The position numbers and the translations under genes are program-made. Below, piece after piece: positions 9,635-18,566 of a stretch of 64,000 nucleotides of DNA (position 1 is its first letter; the number at the start of each line of letters is the position of its first letter). The DNA comes from a bacterium (GTDB taxonomy: Bacteria > Cyanobacteriota > Sericytochromatia > S15B-MN24 > VGJW01), in contig JAJXWQ010000006.1 in NCBI GenBank assembly GCA_021781555.1, forward strand, positions 1,560 to 65,559, given 5' to 3'. Under the pieces are notes generated by a model. It saw only the letters and a list, made by a program, of their open reading frames with translations. It made no database searches and was not told where the DNA came from.

Positions 9635-10534
9635 CTAGCCCTCGGGCCCCAGGCGCACGATCTGGACGGCCCGGCGCATGCCATCCGGGGACGTCCCCGC
9701 CTTGCCCAGCACCTTGGCGCCGCCGAGCGAGATCTCGAGAGGCGTGGTGACCAGCTGGTCGAGGAGGATCACGTCGGCCTCCTCGAGGTTCTGGAGCTCC
9801 GACAGCGTCATCTCCGTGCTGCCCAGCGAGACCTGGATCGGGACCGGCACGTCACCGAGGAAGTCGAGCCGTTCCTCGATGGCATCATCCTTGCCGTTGA
9901 GGAAGGTCATCTCGGCCGCGGCCTCGAGCGATTGCTGCAGGGGGATGAGATAGGGCTGCGGGATGGTCAGCACGAGGCGCCCGAGGGCCTGGCCGGGAAT
10001 GGCGACGCGGAAGGTGGTGCTGGCCATCGGCGTGGCCCCCGAGAGGCCGGTGAAGATCTCCTGCAGGTCCTGCAGCGAGGGTGCCTCCTCGAAGAGGCCG
10101 AGCTGGGGTTCGAGGGTCGCGATGTCCGACCAGGCCTGGCCGAAGAGGTCGGTCACGCGGGCCAGCACGGTGTCCAGCAAGGCCAGGCGATCGCCCGATA
10201 CGGCCTGGTTCGGCAACGCCCCGACCAGCAGGCGCGCGGTGTCTTCGAGCAGCAGCAAGAAGGCGCCGCCGGCTTGCTCGGTGTACTGGAGCACGCCCCA
10301 GAAGGCGCCCTCGGCGAAGCGTTCGGCAACCTGAGCGAAGGGCCAGAGCTCGATGCCCGAGACGGACCACGTGGCCCTCGGGGCGACGTGGTCCTCGTCC
10401 TCGAACTCGGTAAGGGCCTGCGCGATCTGGTTTCCCAGATAGTAAAGGGCCCGAAACTGCGTCGAGTTGCTGCCTGACGACAGCTCGTCCATGCGGTGGA
10501 TGTACCCCGGGTACCGGCGGTCGACGCCGGGCAA
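9635..10534 (-). CDS. fliM: flagellar motor switch protein FliM-like
   Basis: 299 aa. The middle region resembles the FliM/CheC fold. C-terminal SpoA segment VPVPIQVSLGSTEMTLSELQNLEEADVILLDQLVTTPLEISLGGAKVLGKA. TTG 10534 has GAGG 5 nt upstream; ATG 10492 is an alternative start. Confidence 0.7.
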   Translation of the reverse strand: MPGVDRRYPGYIHRMDELSSGSNSTQFRALYYLGNQIAQALTEFEDEDHVAPRATWSVSGIELWPFAQVAERFAEGAFWGVLQYTEQAGGAFLLLLEDTARLLVGALPNQAVSGDRLALLDTVLARVTDLFGQAWSDIATLEPQLGLFEEAPSLQDLQEIFTGLSGATPMASTTFRVAIPGQALGRLVLTIPQPYLIPLQQSLEAAAEMTFLNGKDDAIEERLDFLGDVPVPIQVSLGSTEMTLSELQNLEEADVILLDQLVTTPLEISLGGAKVLGKAGTSPDGMRRAVQIVRLGPEG

Positions 10535-10643
10535 GGAGGCCTCGGATGGCGGCGCCGCGCGCCGCCCGTCTCTCCAGGAGCGTACGGCCCTAGCCTACTC
10601 CAAACCCAAGGTCCGCGCCGTGATTGGGGTTACGGCTCCGGGA

Positions 10644-11786
10644 CTACTTCACGAGGTTGTTGATGTCGTCGATCATCTCGTTGCCGATCTGCACGATCTT
10701 GACGTCCGCGCTGAACGACTTCTGGGCGATCGTGAGCTCGGGCAGCGTCGTGTTGACCGAGGCGTTCGAGACCTCGATGGTGCCGGGGTTGATCGTGTTG
10801 GTCGCGCCCACGTTGGTCGGAACCTGGGCCGAATTGGGATCGGTGGGGGTGGTGAAGGCGTCCGCATGCCCGGCTACTCCGAGGAAGAACTGCCCGGCCA
10901 CGGGATTCCAGTCGAAGTTGGTGCTGCCGCCATCCTTGATCAGGCCCTGGGGATCCGCGAACTTGGCGATCGCCACGAAGGCCACGCGATGCACGGGATT
11001 GGCCGCCGTCGAAGTCGGCGCGGCCGGGGCGTCCGAGTTCTCCGAGCTGTTGGTGACCCAGCCCGATGCGTCGAACTTGGGCGTGAAATCGGTGTTCAGG
11101 GAGGTCTCCCCCTGGTTGTTGGGACTCTGGAACGGGATCTCGATGGGCCGGAACTGGAAGCCGGTGCCAAACATGCCCTGGACGTTGCTGGCTTGGGAGA
11201 CCGGGTTGTTGAGGGGCGTATTGTCGCTGAAGGCGCCCTCCTTCGGGTAGACGGGCGTCCCGGGCAGGTTGGCGGCGGCGTTGGACTTGTAGGCCGAGTT
11301 CCAATCGCTCTGCATCCCCATCACGAAGAGGCCGTCCTGGTTGACCAGTCGGTAGGTCCCGACGGTCCCGGGGCTCCCGTCCGGCATGGTGGTTCCGGTC
11401 GTGAGGAAGTCGAAGTGGAAGCTCCCGTTGCGCGTGAACACGAGATCCTTGAGGCTGGTGGGGTGCGCGACCTTGGACAGGACGAACATCCCGTCGCCCG
11501 AAATGCCGAGGTCCGTGGGCTGGTTGGTCGTCTGCAGGGAGCCCTGCGAGAAATCGGTCTCCACGGCCGCCAGCGTGGCGCCGCTATCCGAGACCTGCAT
11601 CGGCGGGATGGCGCTGCCACCGTTCTGGAGCGCGGGGGAGCCCGCGGAGATCTGCTGTGCGAGGACATCCTTGAACTCGACGTCCTGAGCGCGGAAACCG
11701 TTGACGTTGGATCCGGTCAGGTTCCCGGCCAGCACTCCGAGCCACTGGTCGACCCCTGACAGCGCGTTGATCGCGCCCGTACGCAT
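10644..11786 (-). CDS. flgE: flagellar hook protein FlgE
   Basis: ATG 11786 with AAGGAGA upstream; the track ORF is extended to 12086. N-terminal rod/hook domain (LAGNLTGSNVNGFRAQ), DLGISGDGMFVL, FTRNGSFHFD, and C-terminal IEVSNASVNTTLPELTIAQKSFSADVKIVQIGNEMIDDINNL. Follows flgD. Confidence 0.75.
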   Translation of the reverse strand: MRTGAINALSGVDQWLGVLAGNLTGSNVNGFRAQDVEFKDVLAQQISAGSPALQNGGSAIPPMQVSDSGATLAAVETDFSQGSLQTTNQPTDLGISGDGMFVLSKVAHPTSLKDLVFTRNGSFHFDFLTTGTTMPDGSPGTVGTYRLVNQDGLFVMGMQSDWNSAYKSNAAANLPGTPVYPKEGAFSDNTPLNNPVSQASNVQGMFGTGFQFRPIEIPFQSPNNQGETSLNTDFTPKFDASGWVTNSSENSDAPAAPTSTAANPVHRVAFVAIAKFADPQGLIKDGGSTNFDWNPVAGQFFLGVAGHADAFTTPTDPNSAQVPTNVGATNTINPGTIEVSNASVNTTLPELTIAQKSFSADVKIVQIGNEMIDDINNLVK

Positions 11787-11853
11787 TCCCACGATCGTCT
11801 CCTTCGAAGTCCCGAGCGGCCCGGCCTGCGAGCCGCGAGAATCGTCCCTTGCC

Positions 11854-12276
11854 CTACTGCCCGACCTGGGTGACCGACGACAGGGGATACAGCGTGCCGT
11901 CGACGTTGACCTCCGGTGTGCTGCCGGAGTAGTTGAGTCCTGCGACCTTGCCGGTGACCGTGGCGCCAGGATTGGTCGCGCTCGAATCCGATACCGTGAC
12001 GGTCTGGCCGAGGAGGTCGGAGGCCGTCTGCATCTCCTGGTAGGTCTGGGACATCTGGGCCAGCTGGTCCATCCCGACCGCCGCATTGATCTGGGCGTAC
12101 TGCGAGACCATGTCGGTGGAGCTGACCGGGTTGTCGGGATCTTCGTTCGTGATCTCCGACGCCAGCAGGGTGGTGAAATCCTGGAGCGGACTGCTGCTGG
12201 GGTCGCTCATCCCGCCAGACTGGACGGTGCCGGCCGGCGGTGAATACAGAATGCTCTGAATGTTGCGGACCGTCAT
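11854..12276 (-). CDS. flgD: flagellar hook assembly/capping protein FlgD
   Basis: ATG 12276 with GGAGGAGA upstream; the track ORF is extended to 12531. 140 aa. Motif NEDPDNPVSSTDMVSQYAQINAAVGMDQL matches the FlgD N-terminal signature. Confidence 0.75.
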   Translation of the reverse strand: MTVRNIQSILYSPPAGTVQSGGMSDPSSSPLQDFTTLLASEITNEDPDNPVSSTDMVSQYAQINAAVGMDQLAQMSQTYQEMQTASDLLGQTVTVSDSSATNPGATVTGKVAGLNYSGSTPEVNVDGTLYPLSSVTQVGQ

Positions 12277-12394
12277 TTGAGAACTCTCCTCCGGATGGTC
12301 GCCGGATGCGCCTTCCCGTCCATGCCGGTCCCCATGTACCCAGCGGGTTACCGACCTATCCCAACAGCGACCTAACCAGGCGTTCAAGAGTGTT

Positions 12395-12421
12395 AAATCG
12401 GCAACCCGTCCTTCCGGTTTG
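12395..12421 (-). promoter_or_regulatory. candidate sigma-28 (FliA)-type promoter upstream of flgD
   Basis: The minus strand reads CAAA-N15-GCCGATTT (consensus TAAA-N15-GCCGATAA), ~120 nt upstream of the flgD ATG. Confidence 0.3.
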
Positions 12422-12488
12422 TTAAATGCGGAGGTAGGTTCACGCTGGAGAGGTCGGAATGTCCCGTCACGACGCGCTCTCGGCGCTT

Positions 12489-12596
12489 TTAGAGTGCTCG
12501 CGGTTTGAATGGATCGAGCCCGAGGAGTCAAACGGGGCCCGGTTGCGCAGCGAAGCGACCGCGCAGAGGGACCCGTTCAAACTGCAAAAGGCCTAG
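12489..12596 (-). repeat. CTAG-bounded hairpin repeat (MITE/REP-like), full copy
   Basis: 108 bp. Its reverse complement is near-identical to the 48104-48210 copy. Ends are TTAG...CTAG. Confidence 0.85.
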
Positions 12597-12647
12597 GGCC
12601 GCAAGCGCGGAGGTGACTGGAATCAAGGCGAGAAAGGCTGGCGGGCG

Positions 12648-12908
12648 ATGACCTGGTTGGCATGGGCGGGGGTCGGGCTGGTCTCCGGATGGCTGGCCGG
12701 ACTGGCTACGCGTTCCGATCTGGGAATCCTGGGAGACCTCGCCGCGGGGCTCATCGGTGCGTTCATCGGCGGGATCCTCTTCAACTTGACCGGAAGGGTC
12801 GGCGTCACGGGCTTCAATCCCTGGAGCATTCTGGTCGCGTTCGTCGGCGCCGTGGTGCTCCTGTTGATCATCCGCGGCATCCGCAGCGGCGTCCGACACG
12901 CGCCATAG
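12648..12908 (+). CDS. GlsB/YeaQ/YmgE family stress-response membrane protein
   Basis: 86 aa with three Gly-rich TM segments (GVGLVSGWLAG..., GDLAAGLIGAFIGGILF, SILVAFVGAVVLLLIIRGI), typical of transglycosylase-associated proteins. Confidence 0.8.
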   Translation: MTWLAWAGVGLVSGWLAGLATRSDLGILGDLAAGLIGAFIGGILFNLTGRVGVTGFNPWSILVAFVGAVVLLLIIRGIRSGVRHAP

Positions 12909-13071
12909 ACCTGCGGGCCCCGTTCGGCTTTTCGGGCCCGGTCCTGTCCGGGTGAGACCGCTGTGGGTGCTCCGGGTCGGGCACGCTCCTGCTGCGTTTA
13001 ACAATCGGGGCCCCCGAGGGCGAGAAGGGCCAAAAATTTAATGAAAGCGGGCACCCGGTTAAGTCGGCCGG

Positions 13072-15609
13072 GTGGCTTGGTATAGATCGGGCGTGCAATC
13101 AAGGGCTCCGGGAGCCGCAGTCAGCTTCGTGCTGGCGGCGCTGGTCCTCCTGGCCTCGCCGGCCTTTTGCCCCCCTGCGTCGGGGGCGCGAAAGGCCGGG
13201 GTTCGGGCTCGGGGTCCCGAGCTTGCGTCTGCCGCAGGGTACCGGATTCGCCTGCACAGGGGAAAGCGGCCGGTCCCGGCCGGAATCCCGGGGATCCTCC
13301 GCCTGGAACGGCTCGCCGGCCGGGACGATCGTGCCGAGGATGCCCTTGCCGATCGAATCTCCGGCCGGATCTGGCCAGTGCCCGTGTGGGAGCGACTCTC
13401 GCGGGCCGGAGCGCAGGCCCTGCGCGTCGACCCGGAGTTCCTGGCGCTTCTGGACCTCGGTCCGGGGGGAGCCGCGGATCCCCTCTCCCTGGCGGATCCC
13501 ATCCTCTTCGCCGCAGCTCGCCGCTTCGGCCAGGACGCATCCGGGCTCTCGGCGCCCGCCTTGCGGCTGTGCACCCGGTCTTCGGACGCGGGGCTGCGCG
13601 CCCAAGCTGCGCTGGCGCTCGGCTTTGCCCGGGACCCCGGGGGCGAGCCTTTCCTCGCCGCGTTGGTGCGCGATGTCGAGCCGACGGTGCGGGTGCGGGC
13701 CGTCCAGGCGCTCGGGCTGATCGGCGATCCCGCCGCCTTGGCGGTGCTCGAGGCCGCCCTTTCGGATCGCCAGGAGGAGGTCCGCGTCGCCGCCGCCCAT
13801 GCGCTCGGGGAGCTCCGGGATCCCGCGGCGAGTGAGGCACTGTGGCAGGTCACGGCATCCGGGGATTCCGTCTTGCGCAGGGCGGCCTTCGAGTCCATCG
13901 CGGAGATCGGCGGCGCGACGAGCAGTCCGGTCCTGCGCCGCGCTCTGGCCGATCCCGCCTTCGTCGGGGGCGGGGCCTCGAACGTCGATGCGCTCTATGA
14001 CCTGGCGCGGGCCGCAGGGCGGGCCAGCGACGCGGCGACACTGGCGCAGTGGTCCCGCGACGTGAGCGATCCGGATCCGGTGCTGCGCCGGGCCACCGTC
14101 GTGGCGCTCGGAGCGTCCCGCGATCCGCTTGCCGTGCCCGCTCTCGTTCGCGCCCTGGCCGATCCGGACGGCCAGGTGCGAGGACTGGCGGCCGATGCCC
14201 TGGGTGAGGTCGGCGATCCGTCGGCAGCCGGGCCGCTGCTGAAAGCTCTGGCGGGAAAGCAGGCGCTGCTGGCCGGTCAGGATCGTGCCGCTCCGGCGTT
14301 GGTGGCGATCGGGGCCTTTGCCATGCGAGATCGTCTGCGCCAGCTAGCGGCCAGCCCCGATCCCGCGGTTGCGAGTGCGGCGCTGGCGGCGCTCGGCAAG
14401 CTGGGAACGGCGGCGGATGTGCCGATCGCCGTGCAGGACCTGGCTGCTTCGGATTCCTTGGAGCGAGCGGCTGCTGCCGGGGCCCTGGCCGATCTCGCGG
14501 TCTCGCCTTCGGCCAGGGCCGCCGAAACCTCCTGTGGCGCGTGGGGTCGGGTGGGCGTGCTTACGGATGCCGACCTGGCGGCCAGGACCTCGCGAGCGCG
14601 TCCGCCGATCGATTGTGCCCTGCGGGGCCTCCTGAAGGCGGCCAGGGATCGGGATCCGCTGGTCCGGGCCGCGGTGGCCGAGGCCCTGGGGGCCCTGGCC
14701 GACGGACGCGCATCCGGCGAGCTCTTCGCGCTTTCGCGGGACGCCGATCCCTCTGTCGCTCAGGCTGCGCGGGTGGCGCTGGGGCGCTCGGGCGTACCGT
14801 GGGCCGATCGCTCGCTCGAGCACGATGTCGAGGCCGGATCGACCGGAGCTGCACTGGGTCTTGCCGAGCTCGGGGGGGCGACCAGCGCGAGCCACATCGC
14901 GATGCTGCTCGAGTCGCAGGATCCGGGCAAGCGCGGGCCGGCCGCAACCGCCCTGTCACGCCTGGTCGGGCGGGGCCCGGTGTCCCCTGCCGCCATCGCG
15001 GCGCTGCTGCGCTCGATCCGCGATCCCGACCGCGACGTCCGGATCCAGGCTGCGGTGTCGCTGTCCGCCGTGCCCGGAGCGGAGGTCGGGTTGGCCCTGC
15101 AGCGCGCGGCGCTCACGGCCAATCCGGAGGTCCGCCCCTGGTTCGCGGCCAGCGCCATCCGTCAGGCGACGCTTTCCGGGTCAAGAACAGGGGCACGAGG
15201 TGACCTGGTTCGGCGTGACGCGGGCCGGCCCGGGTTGGCCCGCGACTGGGCCCTGCTGGCCGACGGTGCTGGCGACGCGGATCCGGAGTTCCGACTGGCG
15301 GCGCTGTCGGCCCTCGGCTGGCTGGCCCGGCCGCGCGGGTTGCAGCTGGCCGTGCCAGCTTTGGTATCCCGGTGGCCTGCCGTGCGCGACGCGGCAGTGG
15401 ACGTGCTCGTCCGCACTCCGGCAAGCGCGTCGGGCCGTCTGCTCGATGCCATCGTCGAACGGGGCCACTGGTCCGAGGCCGTGCGGGCTCTGGACGAGGT
15501 CTCGGGCCGGGATCCGCGGGTCCCTGGCCTCCTGGGTTCGGCCCTGGCGGCACGCGACATCCGGACCCGCTGGGCGGGCGAGCGGCTGGCCGCGAGAGCC
15601 AGGCGCTGA
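13072..15609 (+). CDS. HEAT-repeat (PBS-lyase HEAT-like) protein with an N-terminal hydrophobic leader
   Basis: More than 15 repeats of the type VRVRAVQALGLIGDPAALAVLEAALSDRQEEVRVAAAHALGELRDP. N-terminus ...AVSFVLAALVLLASPAFCPPASGA. Start uncertain (GTG 13072 or GTG 13093). Confidence 0.8.
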   Translation: MAWYRSGVQSRAPGAAVSFVLAALVLLASPAFCPPASGARKAGVRARGPELASAAGYRIRLHRGKRPVPAGIPGILRLERLAGRDDRAEDALADRISGRIWPVPVWERLSRAGAQALRVDPEFLALLDLGPGGAADPLSLADPILFAAARRFGQDASGLSAPALRLCTRSSDAGLRAQAALALGFARDPGGEPFLAALVRDVEPTVRVRAVQALGLIGDPAALAVLEAALSDRQEEVRVAAAHALGELRDPAASEALWQVTASGDSVLRRAAFESIAEIGGATSSPVLRRALADPAFVGGGASNVDALYDLARAAGRASDAATLAQWSRDVSDPDPVLRRATVVALGASRDPLAVPALVRALADPDGQVRGLAADALGEVGDPSAAGPLLKALAGKQALLAGQDRAAPALVAIGAFAMRDRLRQLAASPDPAVASAALAALGKLGTAADVPIAVQDLAASDSLERAAAAGALADLAVSPSARAAETSCGAWGRVGVLTDADLAARTSRARPPIDCALRGLLKAARDRDPLVRAAVAEALGALADGRASGELFALSRDADPSVAQAARVALGRSGVPWADRSLEHDVEAGSTGAALGLAELGGATSASHIAMLLESQDPGKRGPAATALSRLVGRGPVSPAAIAALLRSIRDPDRDVRIQAAVSLSAVPGAEVGLALQRAALTANPEVRPWFAASAIRQATLSGSRTGARGDLVRRDAGRPGLARDWALLADGAGDADPEFRLAALSALGWLARPRGLQLAVPALVSRWPAVRDAAVDVLVRTPASASGRLLDAIVERGHWSEAVRALDEVSGRDPRVPGLLGSALAARDIRTRWAGERLAARARR

Positions 15610-15695
15610 GATTCTGGCGTCGGCGCACGCCATGACGCCTTTGGCGCTTTCCCTGTAAACTGGGCTCGAAACCGCCCTGCGTGAGGCTCGTACCG

Positions 15696-16097
15696 ATGAA
15701 GGCCTTTTCGATCTCCTGGATTTCCCCTTGGGTCCTCGCCCTCGTGGTCGCGGGGACCGGGTGTCAGAAAGCGTCCGCCGTGTCCGAACAGCCCCTTTAC
15801 CTCGACTCGGTCGCCGGTCCGGCCACGGTCTCGGTCGGCCAGCTCGCGGTGTACACGATTCACGGGCACAAGCCCGATCCGGCCTGGGTGGTGGACGCGC
15901 CAGCGATCCAGCGCAGCGGTTCGGTGGTGACCGTGGACGTCATCGGGCACCGGGCCAACAAGCGCATGGCGATCCAGATGCTGACGCCCTTCACGACCAC
16001 TGCAACCCTTTCGGAGCTGCCATTCGGCTCTTTCACGGTCCGCTTCAAGGGGCGCCAGCAGACGCTCGAGCGGAGCTTGAGCGTGCTCGCCGAATAG
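15696..16097 (+). CDS. hypothetical lipoprotein
   Basis: ATG 15696. Signal peptide plus lipobox VVAGTGC. Good GC3. No family recognised. Confidence 0.55.
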   Translation: MKAFSISWISPWVLALVVAGTGCQKASAVSEQPLYLDSVAGPATVSVGQLAVYTIHGHKPDPAWVVDAPAIQRSGSVVTVDVIGHRANKRMAIQMLTPFTTTATLSELPFGSFTVRFKGRQQTLERSLSVLAE

Positions 16098-16207
16098 AAT
16101 TTAGACCGTCCTTAACCTCTAGCCGGAAATTCCGCGTCCCCTCGGGCCGATGACCCCCTCGCGGGACGACGGGTCCTGGCAGGGAGAGTCGGAGGAGAGG
16201 GCGTCGG

Positions 16208-18460
16208 ATGGCTATCGATCCGAGCAGGCATCAGGCTGCGCGCGTCGGCGTGCCTGCGAAGCCAAGGCGGTCACCCACGGCTTCGGCGAGCCAGGCGAGA
16301 AGGGCCAAGGCCTCGAGAGCCGGGAGCGTTCCGGCCAGCGACGCGGGGCGAGTCGCGTACGTTCTGGGTCATGGAGTCCTGCACGCTCCCGAGGGCGTCG
16401 CGCACAGCCTGGAGAAGATGGCCGGGGCGATCGTCCACCACCCGCTGGCCTCGGGAGCCGTGCTCGTGGGTACGATGCTGGCTCCGGCTCCCGTGGCCAC
16501 CGTGCTGATCGGCGCGGGTACGGCCATGGCCGGATACGGAATCGGCCGCTCGATCTACCGGGCGATCGAGACGGCTTCCTCGGCCAGTGATCCGGCGGCG
16601 CTTCGCAAGGCCGTGGATCAGGCCGGCGACGCGTACGGGGACACCCTGGTGAACGCGGCCATGATCGGACTCCCGCTGCTGGCAGGCAATCGTGTCTCCG
16701 CTCGGGCCGGAGCCCTCATCGAGCGCGCACTTTCGGATGCCAAGGCGGCTCCGGCGCCTGCCGCGACGCCGTCCGTGCCGACCGGTGCGGTTTTCGGGTG
16801 GCTGAAGCAGGCGATCCAGGGGCCAATCGACGATCTCCCGGCGGATCTCCGCGGCATGGTCGAGGAGCTCGGACCCGAAAAGCAAAAGTCGCTGCTGGGC
16901 CTGGTCATGAAGCCGGATCTGCTCGCTGGGTCGAAGGTCGATGCGGCCGCGCTGGCAGCCCGGTCTACCGGGGCCGACGCAGGGACGACCGCCGTGGGCC
17001 AACTCTTTACCAACGAACGGTTCCTTGCGGCCTCAGCCGAGGGGCGCGTGGCCATGCTGCTCGATGCCATGGGCCCGGGATTCACGAAGCTGGCGCAGGT
17101 TTACGGCTCGGCCGACACGCTTCCTCCGGGCCTCTCGGACGTGCTCAAGGTCAGCCGGAGCCAGATGCCGGAGATGCCGCGGGAGGCGCTCGACGCGTTG
17201 CTGTCCCAGGAGCCGCAAACCCCCGAGGACGTGGCCCGCGGGATCTACCGGATCGGGGGAGTGCGCTATCAGCTGGGCAAGGTCCTCGGCGTCGCGTCCA
17301 TCGGCGAGGTGCGCCAGGCCACGGATCTCGAAACCGGCCGGACCGTCGTCATCAAGCTTCGCAAGCCATCGGCAACCCCGGCCTCGGTCGAGCAGGAGTT
17401 CCGCTTCATGCGCAGCCTCGTCGACAACTACGCCAAGTACTCCGGGCTCTCGGCCGACGAGAAGCTCCAGACCGAGCAGTATCTCGACAATTTCCGCAAG
17501 GGTGTCCTGGAAGAGCTCGATCTCCGCGGTGAAGCCAGCAATGCCGCACGGTTCGCCAAGACTTACGAGCACGCCGGCTTCAGTGGCGTCGACGTGCGCC
17601 ATGTAAGCCCGAACGGTGACGTCCTGGTGATGAACCAGGCCGAAGGCATCCCGCTCACCAAGATCGACAGCCTTCCGGTCGCCGAGCAGCAGGAGGCGCG
17701 CATGGCTTACCTGCGCTCGATGTTCCGGCAGATCTTCGGAGGGTATTTCCACGCGGATCCTCATCCCGGGAACGTCTTCTGGAATCCGAGCACCAAGCGG
17801 ATCCAGTACATCGACATGGGCGCCATGGGCGAGTTCACCGGTCCCCAGCAGCTCGAGATGAGCGAGCTGCTGCTCTCCTTGCTCAGCTGCAACCCCGATG
17901 CGGTGGCCCAGCTCATGATCCGGAACGCCGATCGCATCACCTCCACCGTGCCGCCCGCCGAGTTGCAGGCAAGGCTCTCGCAGGCTCTTTCCTCCTACTT
18001 CGCGCAGGCGGGGAAGGGTTCGACCTTGACCAAGCAAGCCGTCGACGTCTTCAAGATCTGTCAGGACCTGGGGGTGTGGCCCAAGGACAACGGGTTCTGG
18101 TTTAACAAGACGATGTTCACGGTCGCGAGCAATCTGGATCCCGTGACGAGCCAGCGCTACATGGCCGAGCTCATGCCTTACCTGGGCTCGAGCGTGGTCA
18201 GCAACCTCACCAGCCACCCCGGCCAGACCCTGGAGACCGTGGTGAACGTCGCCAGGGCCGCCCGGAAGAATCCCGGCGACTTCCTTGGCTCGGTGGCCGT
18301 GATGGCCAACGCGACCCCCGAGTCCGTCTCGGGGTTCGGTCTGTCGTGGGCTCGCCTGGTCAACGGCCTGGCCACGCCAGCCCGCATCGTCCGTCAGGCG
18401 GGCGCTGCGATCGACAGGCTGGTGTCCGTGCCGGGCCAACCAGGGCGCTCCCGGAGCTAG
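16208..18460 (+). CDS. ABC1/UbiB (AarF) atypical kinase family protein with a ~280-aa N-terminal extension
   Basis: Motifs GPGFTKLAQVYGS, IGEVRQA, VVIKLRKP, FHADPHPGNVFW and YIDMGAMGEF. Confidence 0.85.
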   Translation: MAIDPSRHQAARVGVPAKPRRSPTASASQARRAKASRAGSVPASDAGRVAYVLGHGVLHAPEGVAHSLEKMAGAIVHHPLASGAVLVGTMLAPAPVATVLIGAGTAMAGYGIGRSIYRAIETASSASDPAALRKAVDQAGDAYGDTLVNAAMIGLPLLAGNRVSARAGALIERALSDAKAAPAPAATPSVPTGAVFGWLKQAIQGPIDDLPADLRGMVEELGPEKQKSLLGLVMKPDLLAGSKVDAAALAARSTGADAGTTAVGQLFTNERFLAASAEGRVAMLLDAMGPGFTKLAQVYGSADTLPPGLSDVLKVSRSQMPEMPREALDALLSQEPQTPEDVARGIYRIGGVRYQLGKVLGVASIGEVRQATDLETGRTVVIKLRKPSATPASVEQEFRFMRSLVDNYAKYSGLSADEKLQTEQYLDNFRKGVLEELDLRGEASNAARFAKTYEHAGFSGVDVRHVSPNGDVLVMNQAEGIPLTKIDSLPVAEQQEARMAYLRSMFRQIFGGYFHADPHPGNVFWNPSTKRIQYIDMGAMGEFTGPQQLEMSELLLSLLSCNPDAVAQLMIRNADRITSTVPPAELQARLSQALSSYFAQAGKGSTLTKQAVDVFKICQDLGVWPKDNGFWFNKTMFTVASNLDPVTSQRYMAELMPYLGSSVVSNLTSHPGQTLETVVNVARAARKNPGDFLGSVAVMANATPESVSGFGLSWARLVNGLATPARIVRQAGAAIDRLVSVPGQPGRSRS

Positions 18461-18566
18461 GGCGGTTTCGGGCTGAGACCCCGCTTGGGCGATGCTTACT
18501 CGGATTTTAACGTCAGATTTCTGTGCTCAAAACCTATAGGTCCATGCAGGAGGTAGAGAGCCACCC

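Noticed and set aside
12240-12425. 61-aa plus-strand ORF in the flgD upstream region.
   Set aside because: It lies across the putative promoter region, has poor coding character and has no SD.
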